Below are positions 15,848-30,933 of a stretch of DNA of 64,000 nt, in pieces. Position 1 is the stretch's first letter. Each line of letters starts with the position of its first letter. The notes under the pieces were generated by a model. The model was given only the letters and a program-made list of their open reading frames with translations, was not told where the DNA came from and made no database searches. The stretch spans positions 6,324,001-6,388,000 of the forward strand of contig CM102284.1 in assembly GCA_046563655.1 (NCBI GenBank). The letters are read 5' to 3'. The DNA comes from Yuukianura sp. NJ FZ-2021. Taxonomy: Eukaryota. The position numbers and the translations under genes are program-made.

Positions 15848-15857
15848 GTCACATGAC
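15848..15857. promoter_or_regulatory. M-box/CLEAR-type E-box (GTCACATGAC) upstream of V-ATPase A
   Basis: Contains TCATGTG (M-box) on the minus strand and differs from the CLEAR consensus GTCACGTGAC at one base; lies just upstream of the non-coding first exon ending at the donor ~16073. Confidence 0.55.
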
Positions 15858-16714
15858 TCACTCCGTCTTTTGAAACAACAAAAAAACAACCCAACCCATC
15901 CACCATCTGATCTCAAACATTCACAATTAAACGTTAATTGTTTTCATATTGTCACTCTTAATTAATTGATGTATCACTGCTTCTGATTTGCCCGTGTCTT
16001 CTCCCTCCTTACACTACTCCGTTCGGATTTCTAATTCAATTACTGGTGACTACTGGACATACAACAAAAGCAGGTAAGCTCCAGAAATTCCGTTATTCGT
16101 TTCATTACATGCTGAAACTGTCAATTCAATTCTGGAATGAGTTGCATCTACGTTCAGTTTAGTTCAGTTAGTAATTAGTAATTTGTTTGCCATAAGCTTT
16201 AACACGCGTTACCTTCCATAATGCTACTGGAGGTGACAAACATTAGTATGTTAGGGGACACATATACTTATGTAGGACAGAAGTGCTTATAGCAGTTAAA
16301 CGGCATTTAAGTTTGTAAAACTTATTAACATCTATGGATCCATCAGCATCCGAACTCATCTCTGCTGCTCTTTCCCTGTCTATTGTTATGATAATTATAG
16401 GCGTAGTCCCAATTCTCTCAAACACGAAACACCTTTCATCTTCTAGAACTGCACACTAAGCAAGATACGCTCCTCAGAGATAGGGATTAGTGGGATCTGC
16501 CAGAAGGATTTGGAATACTCCATTAAGTCTTTGCATTTTGTACGTCCTCTACTAACTTAACTAATAGTAATTACAGCCAGGAATTCTTCAGGATCCTGAA
16601 TTAAGGAATTATTGAAGAGTGTAACGGTATTAATTGAGCGATTTTTTCTATTTTGTTTTTTAGTAACGACCGGCTTGGTAAAAGGAAAACTTAGAATTTG
16701 ACCAGACCACCAAA

Positions 16715-19164
<2,450 letters not shown>

Positions 19165-19653
19165 AGGTCAAGGTCATTCAGTTTACTTTCCAATGAAGTC
19201 AAAATGCAAAAGTCATGCAATTCGGAGCTATCGCCACCAAAGTCAAGGTGGAGACGACTTAAAAAAAGTAGAAGACTATAACGTTAGTCTTTTAGACGTC
19301 TGTTTGTTATAGTAGTCATGTCGTGTTCTTCGTAGTAGTGTTTAGAAAAGTGTGTTAAATCATGTACCAACTTATTAGTGTAAAAAAGAGAGAAACATTC
19401 CAAATCTAATTGTTCAGCTGTGACGAGTGACTATAGGAAGAAAAAAAAACAAGCAGATTTAGAAACTATAAAGAAGAGGACACAAAAGTTATCCAGCACA
19501 GCATAAGATTCTTGTGTTTATTATAATAATCATTTAAATTTTAAACATAGTTGTGTGAAGTAATTGCATAGTTAAGTGAGGCCTAACGTTTACGTAAACA
19601 GAACGTTGTGAAAAGGCTCTTTCGTAGAGCATTGCATACTACTGTATGAATTT

Positions 19654-21427
19654 TTAGGCAGTGGCAGTGGTAGCAATTTTGTCAACGATCATAGGCTCTC
19701 CTCCATCACTATTCGTCGTCACTTCCGGTTCCGATACATCCTGGACAGTATCAGATGACTGTGCTTCGACATTAGAAGTGACCGGGGGACTAACATCCAT
19801 CGCTGTTTCGGCTACAACGACTTCCGGTGTTGTGACACTGGTAGTGGGTGTAAGTGCCAGTTGAATCGAAACAGCATCATCAGCTGATGAACTTTGAGAT
19901 CCAGCAGGAGGGTTACCGAATGGGACAACCGATTCTTGACTCTTCTCTTCCAGAACACTGATGACCTTCTGAATCAGTTTGATACAGTCTCGTCGGAACT
20001 GTCTGATGTCCTCTCTGCCCTCGGTTTCAATCGTGTCCAACTTAATGAGGTTTCGGGTCAACATTTCATCAAGGTAAATATACTTTTTGTCATTCTTTGG
20101 AGTGAATGGTAGACTGTTGACTTCTGCTTCGAGACCTTTGACCTCTTCAATAATTTCTTGTATAATTTGCATACTGTCCTTTGTAACTTTCTTTGGTGGT
20201 GGTGGAGGTGTAATGGATTCGTGATGGTCCGGCTGAGGCCGTGTTTTCTGAGGTGCTGGTGTCGTTGTTGACGGTTGTGGTTGTGGATGTGGTGACGGCG
20301 CAGTTTGATTTTTCCTGGAGAACATTCCACCGAATCCTCCACCGGTCGGGCCACGTTCAACGGTAATCGGGATGTTCCGATATCCCGTTCCAGTACTGCC
20401 CTCCCCATTACGGACTTTGCTTTTGTTGCCACCGAATTGCATTCCAGCAGGGGCGCCGTCGTTGGCTGGATGGTGCGTAGGGCTTTGAGAAGATGTTGGA
20501 TGTTGCTGAGGGTGTTGAAATGGTGTCGGATGTTGCTGAGTGTGTTGAAATTGTGTGGGATGTTGTTGAGGGTGTTGAAATTGTGTTGGATGTTGCTGAG
20601 GGTGTTGAAATTGTGTTGGATGTTGCGGTGGGTGCTGAAATGGTGGATGGTTGGATGCTGGCTGCGGTGCAGCTCCTCCAGTGGTAGTGTTAGTTCCGGT
20701 TGTCCAAGTATTTGTGTTCGGTGGTTCTGACTTTGCTCGTTGGCTTCCTGGTGCAGGAGGATTAACTTGGAGGTTGTCAGTTGTGTTATGACGTTGATTC
20801 GAATACTTTCTGTCGACAGTGTCTTGTCGATTCATAGCATCCGGATTATGGTGAGTATCTGTTGGCCAGCCCAATATAATCGGTGGTGCCGGAGAGGATG
20901 CTCTGGCAGTAGTACTTTCAGCGTTTGATGGTTCCTTCTGTGGCTGTTGCTGCTGCGGAGATCCTGCAGGCGGTGGGCTTGGTGACCCTACAACCCGAAT
21001 CGGTATGATTCTTTCTACTCCACTGCTTCGGTTCGGTTCAGACGAAGGACCGTTGCCCGTGCCAGCGGTTCGGTGCATTTGAGGGGTATCCCAATCTCTG
21101 TCGGAAAATCCTGCCCGATGAGATCGACCAAATGTGTCGAACGGTGATTGGTCACGAGGAATCTGTTGAGAATAACGCAAGAAACACTACGTTAATCACT
21201 GTAATTGACACGATTATCCAACTGTTATTCCTCAACTACGATACTTGACGTATTAATTATTAATTTTACAATTAGCAATTGATTTATCTGTCAACTGTTT
21301 AGGTTATTTGCAGCATCGTGGCTTCAAGTTCTTGTCGTTATTACACAAAAGGCGCAGCGCAGGTAAGATTAGTGTTTTAGGCTTGGCTTACCCGATGTCT
21401 ATGACCAGATCCGAAATCTCCAAACAT
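19654..21427 (-). CDS. BAG-domain Hsp70 co-chaperone (BAG3/starvin/Samui-like); exon 1 21427-21392, exon 2 21162-19654
   Basis: BAG domain 'DKKYIYLDEMLTRNLIKLDTIETEGREDIRQFRRDCIKLIQKVISVLE', two IPV-like motifs (IPIRV, IPITV), Pro-rich region; phase-0 GT-AG intron. Confidence 0.9.
20495..20650 (-). repeat. Coding 30-bp tandem repeat (~5 copies) encoding QHPQQHPTQF
   Basis: Repeated 'ggatgttgctgagggtgttgaaattgtgtt' within the BAG gene. Confidence 0.9.
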
Positions 21428-21769
21428 GTTTGTTTGTTAGTTTATCAACGCAATTAATCCCGTTACCAAGGCGACCGTTTTAAGCCTCAAAACCAGCAGC
21501 AGTTACTTGCAAGTTGCAAATAAGTTTGGTTTCGCACGTAATTCGCAATCGTGTAGGCGTGAGGTGTCCCACTTTCTTCTTTCCTGTTCCCGATTCAAAT
21601 AAGTGTTAGTAACTGAGGTCTGAGTTTATCAATTAACAATTGATTAGTAATAAGACTGACTTGTTTGACTTGTGACCTGATCAGTTGAAGTACTGCAAAT
21701 GAACCAGTAGATGTAATAGAGAGGGCAGGAGACTGACAGAGAATGGAATTTAAATGAGTGTTTCCCAGA

Positions 21770-21821
21770 TGACGTCAACTCTCGAATCTCCTTGGAGTGT
21801 CCTGAATCTACCAGAATCTTC
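21770..21821. promoter_or_regulatory. CRE (TGACGTCA, 21770-21777) next to an extended heat-shock element (21784-21821)
   Basis: In-phase inverted pentamer cores GAA-TCC-GGA-GTC-GAA-TAC-GAA-TTC spaced by 2 nt, ~350 bp upstream of the BAG gene ATG. Confidence 0.7.
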
Positions 21822-22419
21822 TGAAGAGCTCGTAGGCTTTTTGCACTCGCAGACTATAACCAATACCGAAGTATATTGCCAACAAATGACCTTCTACGGT
21901 AAAAGGCACCCTAGCACCCAAAACAAATAAACGGCGCAAGGACGATTGACCTTCAAGTGACATTTCATCCCCCACATTGGGTGGAGTGTGGGTCATCAAC
22001 TCAATTTTCTCTAAGTCATAAAGTTCCTGTGGGAAACACTTACAAACAATCAATTAATCATGGTTCCTTTTGTACTAAAATTTGTTAATGACCTGCGATT
22101 AACTTTTAAAATGATGATGAAAGTGGTGACGATGTGTTTTGGAGCATAAAAGATTCAAAGAAGCTGTAAGCAAAATGACACGCTTGGGTGAAATGATCTT
22201 ATTTGATCTTCTTGGCACCAGTTTATTGACTTTTCGTTGATTTTAGGCCAATTTCTTTTCATATCCTACCTAAAAAACCATTTTTACTGATGCAAAAGTA
22301 AGTCAAAGTGGTAAGAATGTTTAAGTTTTGGAACAGACTGGAATATAAGCTGCTTCGTGTCTTCTTTTTTGAGGTTGGACGGTGACAAGAATTCAGTTGC
22401 TAAAATGCTAAATAAAGTT

Positions 22420-22850
22420 TTAGTAAGTGGAAGTGACACCGGGTCGGGCAATAAGTAGATTAATCGTTGGATGTTTCTTGATATAGTCGACAGCCTTTTT
22501 GTGCGTAACCATTGTAAAGTCATACCCGTTACATTGTAATATTTTGTCATGCTGTCTGAGTCCTGCTCTACTGGCGGCTGAATCTGGTGTGACCTCGGTG
22601 ACATAAATTCCGTGGTCAGTGTAGCCATAAGGGGATTTTAGAAAGTCTTGATCTATTCCGCCACCGATCTTGAACCCGCACTTGAGGCACTCTTTTCCAT
22701 CCGATGAAATTCCCATCTCCTTCTGGAGTATAATTGGAATCTAAAGAACGAAAATTCGGTTAAAATCTTACAGATTTGTGCAAAAAAAGTTATTCCGGTA
22801 CTTACGCTGAGACACTCCATTGCTGTTCCTGCTTCATGTTGAAAAGCCAT
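22420..22850 (-). CDS. TAX1BP3: Single-PDZ protein Tax1-binding protein 3 / TIP-1 homolog (2 exons)
   Basis: 'MAFQHEAGTAMECLS|IPIILQKE...GFKIGGGIDQD..KSPY..TDHGIYVTEV...AGLRQHDKILQCNGYDFTMVTH'. Confidence 0.92.
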
Positions 22851-23786
22851 GGTTGCTCTTGCTACAAGTAGTGGTGCGTAGGTTGCCTCAGGCGTTGGCT
22901 CTTAAATGAATTGTGTCAGCTGACTTTAGCCAAGGAATGAATGCTAATTAAAGTTGCTTTGTACTTCTTTTTGGTAAGGAATGACTGGTGAAGATGAGAG
23001 GGTGCGGTCGTGGTCTTCTCGAATCTCGAAGTGTGAAAGCTAATGAGCGAATTAATCTGCTAAAGTTAATGAATCAGAGTAAATACCAGGTTCTAAGTTA
23101 ACTGTAATCCCCAATTCCAAGAACAGTTGATAAGTCTGGAGTTTAGTCAGGATGACGACGGTGAGACTGAGCTCACCACAAGATGTATTAAATATATTAT
23201 ACTTGTTACAACAATAATTGTAATTGAAAGATAAACAAAAAACAAATCTTAGCAAAAATAACTGGACTTTCCTTTATCTTTGTTAAGATAAACACGCGAT
23301 AAAGATAATCCGTTATACGCAAATGAGCTTTGAGATAATCATATGATCGCCGTAGATTTATAAATTCACTTGTCATATTTTTTACCATGCAGCTCCCGTT
23401 GTTTTCCTAATATAGAAAAATACGGCAAGTTGGGATCTGCGATTTAGAAATCGCGAAAAGGAGATTTTTTTTGTCTCTTTTTCTTTTTTGTTTATTTTGT
23501 TCACTTCCCATTTCCTCCTTGTTGAAGTTGGACATTGTTTTTTAAGTGTTCACTTCATCCCCCTTTCCTCCCCTTAATTTCATACTTTAATGATAATTGA
23601 TTAACTAATTACTCATTGTGTCACTGTGTACACTTCGTTTTAACTAATATTTAATCATTCAGACACGATTTTAGTAAGGAAAAATCACTTTTAAAGCCAA
23701 CCGAGTTTCCTCTAAATCTAAAATCTACTAGTCTTCGAAAAGTGTAGTATTTCCCACTTGCAGCACACATCAATTTCAGTGCTTTT

Positions 23787-24031
23787 GGTCAAGGTAAGGA
23801 TTAACGACCGTCATTGTAGCCGCACAGTGTAGCCGCTCCGCCATTTTTTGTGGCTACAATGGGTGGCTACACCTGAGCGGCAACTTAAGTAGCCACTTTA
23901 ACCTAACCTAACCTAACCTAAAGTGGCAACATAAGTTGCCACACAGTGTAGCCACCTATTGTAGCCACAAAAAATGGCGGAGCGGCTACACTGTGCGGCT
24001 ACAACGAAGGTCGTTAAAGCTTACCTCAACC
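23787..24031. mobile_element. Fold-back MITE (245 bp) with ~113-bp inverted arms, central (TAACC)4 and an 8-bp TSD GTGCTTTT
   Basis: Left end GGTCAAGGTAAGGATTAACGACC; right end GGTCGTTAAAGCTTACCTCAACC; near-perfect arms; GTGCTTTT at 23779-23786 and 24032-24039. Confidence 0.9.
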
Positions 24032-24104
24032 GTGCTTTTCAGTTTATACGTACTTTACTTTAACATCTAACTGCTGGTTTAGATTGGACGATTCCATTTG
24101 GAAG

Positions 24105-26049
24105 ATGGAAGTTGACTACGAAGGATGCGATTGGGCTGGATTACCGTCTGTTGTACTTCAATCTGTTTACAAGCATTTGTCTACAAAAGATCGTCTCAAT
24201 GCTTCCTCCACTTGTACGAACTGGAGAAGATCAGTCTTCCAGGTAAATTGCTGTTTTACTTCTAAACATTGGTTGAGGCTATGTAAATGATGAAAGGTAG
24301 TGAATATTAATCGTTTTCTGTTTCATTTTCTTGTGTTTTTAGAATCCACTGGATGACAACTTATACTTGACTGTGGAAAACTTCGAGAAAGACTGCGATA
24401 AATACCAATTTTTAAGCTCTTGCTTTGCACACAAAGTTCCACATGTCAGCCTTACGTTTGATGCGGGGAGTCCAGACTGCTTGGGACTCGTCTGTGATAC
24501 TCTGGAGCTATTGGAAGGAAGTGTCGTTTTGAAAACACTTCGCATACGATACACGGAGAAATGCATCGAAAATCCATCGTTCAATGGCACTAATGCTCTT
24601 GCTCAAATCCTGCAGGCTTATTTCACAGAGTAAGTTGAACAATGGCAAGCAAAGCATGCCCTCCCTTAATATATTCTCATTCGGTCCGGTCTTTTCGGTT
24701 TTTATAGGAAAGTAATTGAGCCATTCTTGCGAGTACTTGGAGCCAAGAATCGTCTGGAGACGTTGGACTTCCCGATTGTTCAGCAACTTATGCTTCAACA
24801 GGGTCGCATCTTGGAAAAGATCAGCCAGTCTCGATTGAATTCCAGACTACGTAATATTTTCTTCACAACAGTCAGGAATGGCAGCCTCTTCAAGGTGGAC
24901 CCCAACAATGATAATGCAGCGATGCTCGTGTCCATTCCAGAAGTCCCGAATCTATTTTACAAGTTCACGAATCTGCAGGTATGTAAAACGGAACTCAACA
25001 TCACGTTCATCCCATGTATTTCTGTTTTTCTAACTTTTTCTTCGTTTTCAATGTAGAAACTCAGTATTGATCATGACGTTCTGACTGACGACATCTTGGC
25101 AAATCTTGGAGTCGGAACACCCAAAGGGCTCGATCAGATGAGCTTGACAGCAGTGAAGAAGAATCTGCATACTTCGAATAGCGGATGGAAGGACTTCGCC
25201 GCCAATAAGTAATTCATTGGAATCTCATAATGTTCATATTTATTGTAATGCAGTTACAATATCCCCAATGTCACTATTTTTTTGTACTTTAGTCCAAACT
25301 GCAAAGTACGTCTAACCGTAATGGGAGCAAAAGTGGCATTGGACAACAAATCAAACCTGTGTTTTCCAAGTACTCCGCTGACGTATTTCAGAGCCCTTTA
25401 CTGCCATCGTGTCCGCATGAACATGCTGAACTCAATCATCATGTGGAACGAAAATCGACTGGAGCATTTGGAACTTGTGAATGAAAATCAGGACTGGATG
25501 GACAACATCATCCAAAGTGCCAACTACTTGGGTCAAGATTTCATCGATCCAATCATCTATGCTGCCTGGCGTGTAAAAACACTACACACTATCAAGATAG
25601 GTAAAGTACAGAAGAGCTTTTAAAACTTTTGATACTATAATATTCAAAGTAAGTTATTTGTGGAGTATTCTGCTAAAGTATCACCTTACACATTTATATT
25701 CGAATACTTTTGTAGGTTATCTTTACTGCGGAATTGACCTCATCGGGGTCGCAAAGTTGGCAAAGTGTCTCCAGCGGCTCGAAATTCCTGCTTCACAGAT
25801 TCTTGACGGAAACATCCCGAAGCTCTGCACGGTAAAGCAGAATTTTTTGATTTACTTATGTTTAGAAATTAGAAAATTCACGGAATGATTAACTCATTCC
25901 TTTTTTTTCTGAATTTCTAGGAAGTAAGCAGAGCAATCGGGAAAGACTGGGCTCCAATTGACGACGGATTTCTTTCCAGATCACGATCTCAAGTACTTCA
26001 GCGGCGAGTTAGCCGATCATATCAGGCAGTTCTTGAAGAGAACTACTGA
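24105..26049 (+). CDS. FBXO33: F-box protein, FBXO33-like (~7 exons)
   Basis: F-box 'WAGLPSVVLQSVYKHLSTKDRLNASSTCTNWR'; C-terminal 'DPIIYAAWRVKTL...GIDLIGVAKL' and 'EVSRAIGKDW' recall FBXO33 'DPLVLLAWRC...NLIAIARL...QVSLGLGQPW'; TGA at 26047-26049. Confidence 0.7.
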
Positions 26050-29000
26050 AAAGAAGACTTCGCTCCCATCAAAATGCAACAAATCCCAAGATTCCTCGCA
26101 CTTCTACCTCGTCCATACAAAGTCTTTTACCAGCGCATCAAATTCTAAACTCGGAGGAATCTGGAAGAAGTGGGACACACTTGTAAAGGTAGAAAAAGTT
26201 CCATCGCATCTTTTTTAGTTTTATTTTAAACTTTTTCGAAATTCTGTGACAACTCGAACACGAGCATTCCTTCCTCTCAAATCGCATCACGCGCACTTTG
26301 GCTTAATCTTGCCAATTGTCATTTTTAAGGTTAATTTTAAGCGCAAACTAGGGAACCAACGAAAACGAATGACAAATGTACTAATTTCTACACACGTAAC
26401 TCCTTCAAACGTTTAGTCATGGAAGGAAGAGAGAACTTTATGCTTTAACAAGTAAGCGATGACGCGCATATTGTCAAAATCGTTCTAAAAGTGGAATGTT
26501 CTGTAAATTTACCAGAATTTTTAATGAACTGTAAATACGTTGTTTTTTTTATCTGATGAAGGATTCGGAAGTTCCTCTCCCCAAAGAAATTTAAAACTGA
26601 AAAACTGTCGTAATCGTGAAATATACTAGAAAATTGTAACAATTTAGACGAAGTATTGGACCAACTTAGACGATTTTAAGAGGACGACTACTATTTTGTG
26701 ACATCATGAAAAACATGAACAATATCGAGCTAACTCCGTCCTAAAAATCAGTGATTTAAAATCACAACGTCACGATTACTGCCCAGTCCAGGTCAATTCA
26801 TTGTTAAAAAAAAATGGAAAGCTTTTAACAGGTTTAATTTTTTTGGGGAGAGGAATTTAACTAAAAGGAGCCCAAGTTAACCAAAAGTTAACCGAATCTG
26901 AGGCTAGATTCCGTGTAACCTCAAATCAAATGGTTATAAAGCGGAACAGTTTTAACTTGTAGGTAATTTACATTTTTTAGGTTGTAATTTCTTATTAACT
27001 ACTATTTTACGTTTTCTCGTTATTATTTTAAGTTTTTCTAAATTTAGCATTTTAAAAGTTATACTCTCAGTAATTTCGAAATAGAAATATTTAATGGATT
27101 TTCAAGAGAAGGTTACATATACGAAGAGCGTTTAGGCTGATTTACGGAAGAGTTGAAAATTTGCTAGGGGTATGAGAGGTCAGAGGTCAATGTCAATGAC
27201 TTTCCGTTCTTTAGCAGTATAACTACCAAAATCAACTAAATCTCAAGTGTCATCGCTAACTACCCATACCAACAATTTAAAAAATCAAAAGAACTGTGAT
27301 AAGATCTCTAGTGTTTGGAGGAGGGTGCTGTGACTACTACTGTATTACAAAATCGTTTCCAAGAGCCCCTCGTGCAGACTAAAAGTGTAAACTCCAAGAC
27401 CTATAAGTACTATAAAGTACTTTGTAAGTACTATAATTATAAGTGAATGGTTTAGCAGGACGCAGAGTGTACATTTCAAAAAACCAAGGCGTCAATTTCC
27501 GTCGTTAAAACTCGCCTAGTGACCTCAACCCTGCCCCCACAACCCGCAAAACCTTACAAAAATACGACCAAAATCATACAAATTATGAAAACCAAAGTTT
27601 TAGGACTAAAAACTAAACGAATTCGCTCCCAGCCTCCTTGCACCCAGATCTCACGACGACTCATTCCATTTCTGTAGGGTTAGAACTTGGGAGTTGTAAA
27701 GCTTTTAAGGAATTGCGCACAGAATTGCGGTAGTTTGCGTAATACTGGACTCGGGAGAAAAGTATTTTATTTTATTGAAGGTGCTAAAAAGCCTCCCAAA
27801 GGCAATATAAACCACGAATCCCTTGAAAATAACAAAAGTTTCATAAAAATTGTATTAAAAGAGTTTATAAGACTTACAACGTGAGAAAGGAGGCTGGGGA
27901 GAGTTAAGTTAAGGTCAAAATGTTGTTAAGTTACACGGGTCACACGGGTTAAAAGCGGTTCCAAATTCCAGTGGGGGTGGAGGTTTGCAGCGTTGCAAAA
28001 ACAAACACGACCACCAAAGTACCTGTTAAGAGGATGAGTCTCTGCCTAAAAAATCTCATTCCTCAAAAAAACTTTTAAAAACTGTCAACTGAAAAGACTG
28101 AAAGAGATAGAGACGCTCTCTCTGCTCGATTTCCAACTGTTAAAAAATCTAAAACCAAAATGGCAACCATTCGTCAATCTTATAATTTAAGGAAAAAAAA
28201 TCAAAGAAAAGAACTTGAAAATTGTTTAGACACAACGCAGCGATTAGAGCGATGAAAGCGCAGTTTGTTTTAAGAAAAATGATTTAGTTAGCGAAACAAA
28301 CTCAAAAAGTTAACAACGCCTAAAACGTAAAGATTTAAAAGTGTTAACGCTGGATTCACCTCACCAGCTTAACTTAGCCGCCGAACTTCTCAAAAAACTG
28401 AAAGTTGAGGGTGTTTACAATTAATTTTAGTTTGTCAAAATTCTAGATTAACTTTTCTCTAAAAATTAATTAAAAGTGAAAGTTTATCTTAAGTGTAGAG
28501 GCTAAAATGTAATTTGAATTCTGAAGGAAAGGCAGCACAGTTTTAACTATAAAACGAAATTAAAGATGAAGACTGTCACCAAATGCCATTTTCTGAACCA
28601 TCTCGAAACACTTTCAAAATTGAAAGGTGTTGAAAGGTTAAAAAGTTAAAATTATTGAACAAGTATTTTTGTAAAAACTGCAAATGATTAAGGCCATCAT
28701 GGCGGTGACGGGTTTACATCTTGAGAAGAAGTGAAGATTGATTTAGAAACTTAAAATATGTTAAGATAGAATTGTCTAAAAAAAATTAAGACTAATTAAT
28801 TTGAAATTGAAAAATTGATGGAATAGATTTTAATCAGTCATTTCTTAGAAAAAGCTGCAACTCTTCAGTGCTTTCCTCTAGACAAATTCAACTAACTCGA
28901 CTTACACTTTGGCGTTTTAATTTCTTGAATTTTGGTCAGTCTATTAATTAATTGCTTAAGATAATCTAAAGTTATTGAAGTTAGTTTAAGCTTTATGCTG

Positions 29001-29291
29001 CTAAGACTTCAATTAATTCAAACTTCTATTGAGCTTGACTTGTAAATTTCATTTCTTCTCATTCAAAAGTTTAAATTAATTCTATGTCGATAGTTGTAAA
29101 GTATATTATAGTTTTCAGTTTACTGAAATATACATGTACAATATCACAATCTAACAATTGGCTACAACTTAATTCAAATTGACAGATGAGTAAAAAGAAA
29201 TTGGCATTGCAAAAATCATGTTATGCTTAAAACATGAATTGAAGTATCGATGTCTAAAAATTGATACTGTTAGGAAACTTCTGAGTAATCG

Positions 29292-30562
29292 TTAGTCTAA
29301 ATGCGGATGTGCTTGACTAGTACTGGAAGTAGTGGAATGCTGTGCTTGTTCATCTAATCGTTTCTTTGCTCTAGCAAGTGTGACTATAAGTAGAAACATT
29401 CCGCAAATGACTACGCCGACAGTGACACTGGTGACAACGAATGTACTGTCAGTATCTCCAACCGGAATGTGTACGGATCCACTTTTCAAATTCTATCAAC
29501 CAATGAAGGAAGGTCAAATTAAATTCAGTAAAGTTATATTGTTTTTGGATTATTTTGAAGATTGTTTGAATTTCTTACAGATTTGTAGGGCAGCAGAGCC
29601 CAGGAACAAGTTTCATGAAGACCAGCTTTACGACTGCAAATGGTTGAAACTGTTTTACATTGTTCTTCTACAACAGCCGAGTCCCAGTTTTCACATCGGA
29701 GTACAACATCAGGCAGTGGAAGTGTTACAGTAACGTAGCCGGAAGGATTGTTCATACCAGTTCCTGCTACAACTCCGGCAGCCTTTGATCTTGACCTGGA
29801 ATGGCTCCTTGGAAGTTGGTATCGGTAGTGGATTGGTAATGGAATGGGTTCAGTTGCGATCAAGTTGCCTGGAACCAGAACATTAAAAAACATAAAATTC
29901 AAATGAAAAGATATCCTTGGATTTGTGTAGGTTGTCAACTTTACCAGTGACGATAGGATTCAGCTGAATGAAAACTGTGGAATTCGATTTCGATAACCAA
30001 GCCGGACTTTCCAGGTCAGTCCAGTTATTCAGTACTCGAATATGGCTACTAAGGGCAGGATGTCGTTGAATTTCATAGGGATCCACGAAGACATCTTTAG
30101 AGAATTGATGGACAAGTCCGAAGACACATTCTCCTGACACGAACGATTGAATCGGGATTGATGACGTTGTAACAGTTACTTCCAAGGTGTCCTCGAGATC
30201 TCTGCAAACACATCAACAAATTGTAAGTCTCAAAATTTAGTTTAACTTCACTAAAACGTACGATTACGCGAGTAAAATACAAGAATTTAGCCTACGAAAC
30301 CGATACTTAACTTAGATCGTCGAAGTAGTACTGTATTAGTACACTAAATTTACCTGTGGAATCCTTCTTGAGTTATAAATCGAATAAGATTGGAATGGAG
30401 GCCTTTTACAAATTGACATGACCTCTGTTCATAATCAGTTGTTCTTCCAATTCTTGACGAAGATGACAAGGCCAGTGAATTACTAAAAATCACAGATGAT
30501 AACTGGATGAGCAATGCTAAATGGCTTAAGGTAAACATTGCGCACACTAAATTTACACCCAT
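29292..30562 (-). CDS. PIGX: PIG-X/PBN1 family subunit of GPI mannosyltransferase I (4 exons)
   Basis: Signal peptide, 'GFHRDL', 'FVDPYEI', 'DLESP', 'LPIHYRYQLP', 'IPVGD' followed by a single C-terminal TM helix. Confidence 0.8.
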
Positions 30563-30933
30563 GTCATCGTAAATTTGATTAATCTTAATTAGTTTTATTG
30601 ACTGTTTGATTTGCGGTAATCGAAAGTCAATGAAAAAGGAGGAGAGAGTTTTGTTTGGTGGTAAAGCTGAGCAGGTGATTTGTTCGCCCGCTCTCAGACA
30701 AGTGTCGTCAACCTCAGAATCAGAAATTGGGTGGAGACAAGCAACAAATCCCAGACATTACATAAAAACATCAAGGACATCGAGGGTATTTAATTGTTAA
30801 AAGCCTCAATTAATCTTTAAATTCTCAATTAGTGTTTTTTTTTAATTTGTGTGTTGCGGAGTAGCACTCCCCCCAGCCCCAGTCGTCAGTTGGTCTGAGG
30901 ATTCGCTCAACATAACAGTGTCCGGCTAACATC

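Noticed and set aside
24105-26049. FBXL3/FBXL21 (cryptochrome ligase) assignment
   Set aside because: The 'DP..AWR' and 'LIGVAKL' motifs fit FBXO33 better, and the terminal Trp tail of FBXL3 is absent.
27625-27900. ~13-bp inverted repeat pair (cccagcctcctt / aaggaggctggg)
   Set aside because: Short, with no TSD and no other copies seen.
28159-28415. Short broken ORF-like stretch (MATIRQSYNLRKK...; LTLDSPHQLNLAAELLKKLKVEG)
   Set aside because: Interrupted by stops, with no recognisable homology and no consistent splice pattern.
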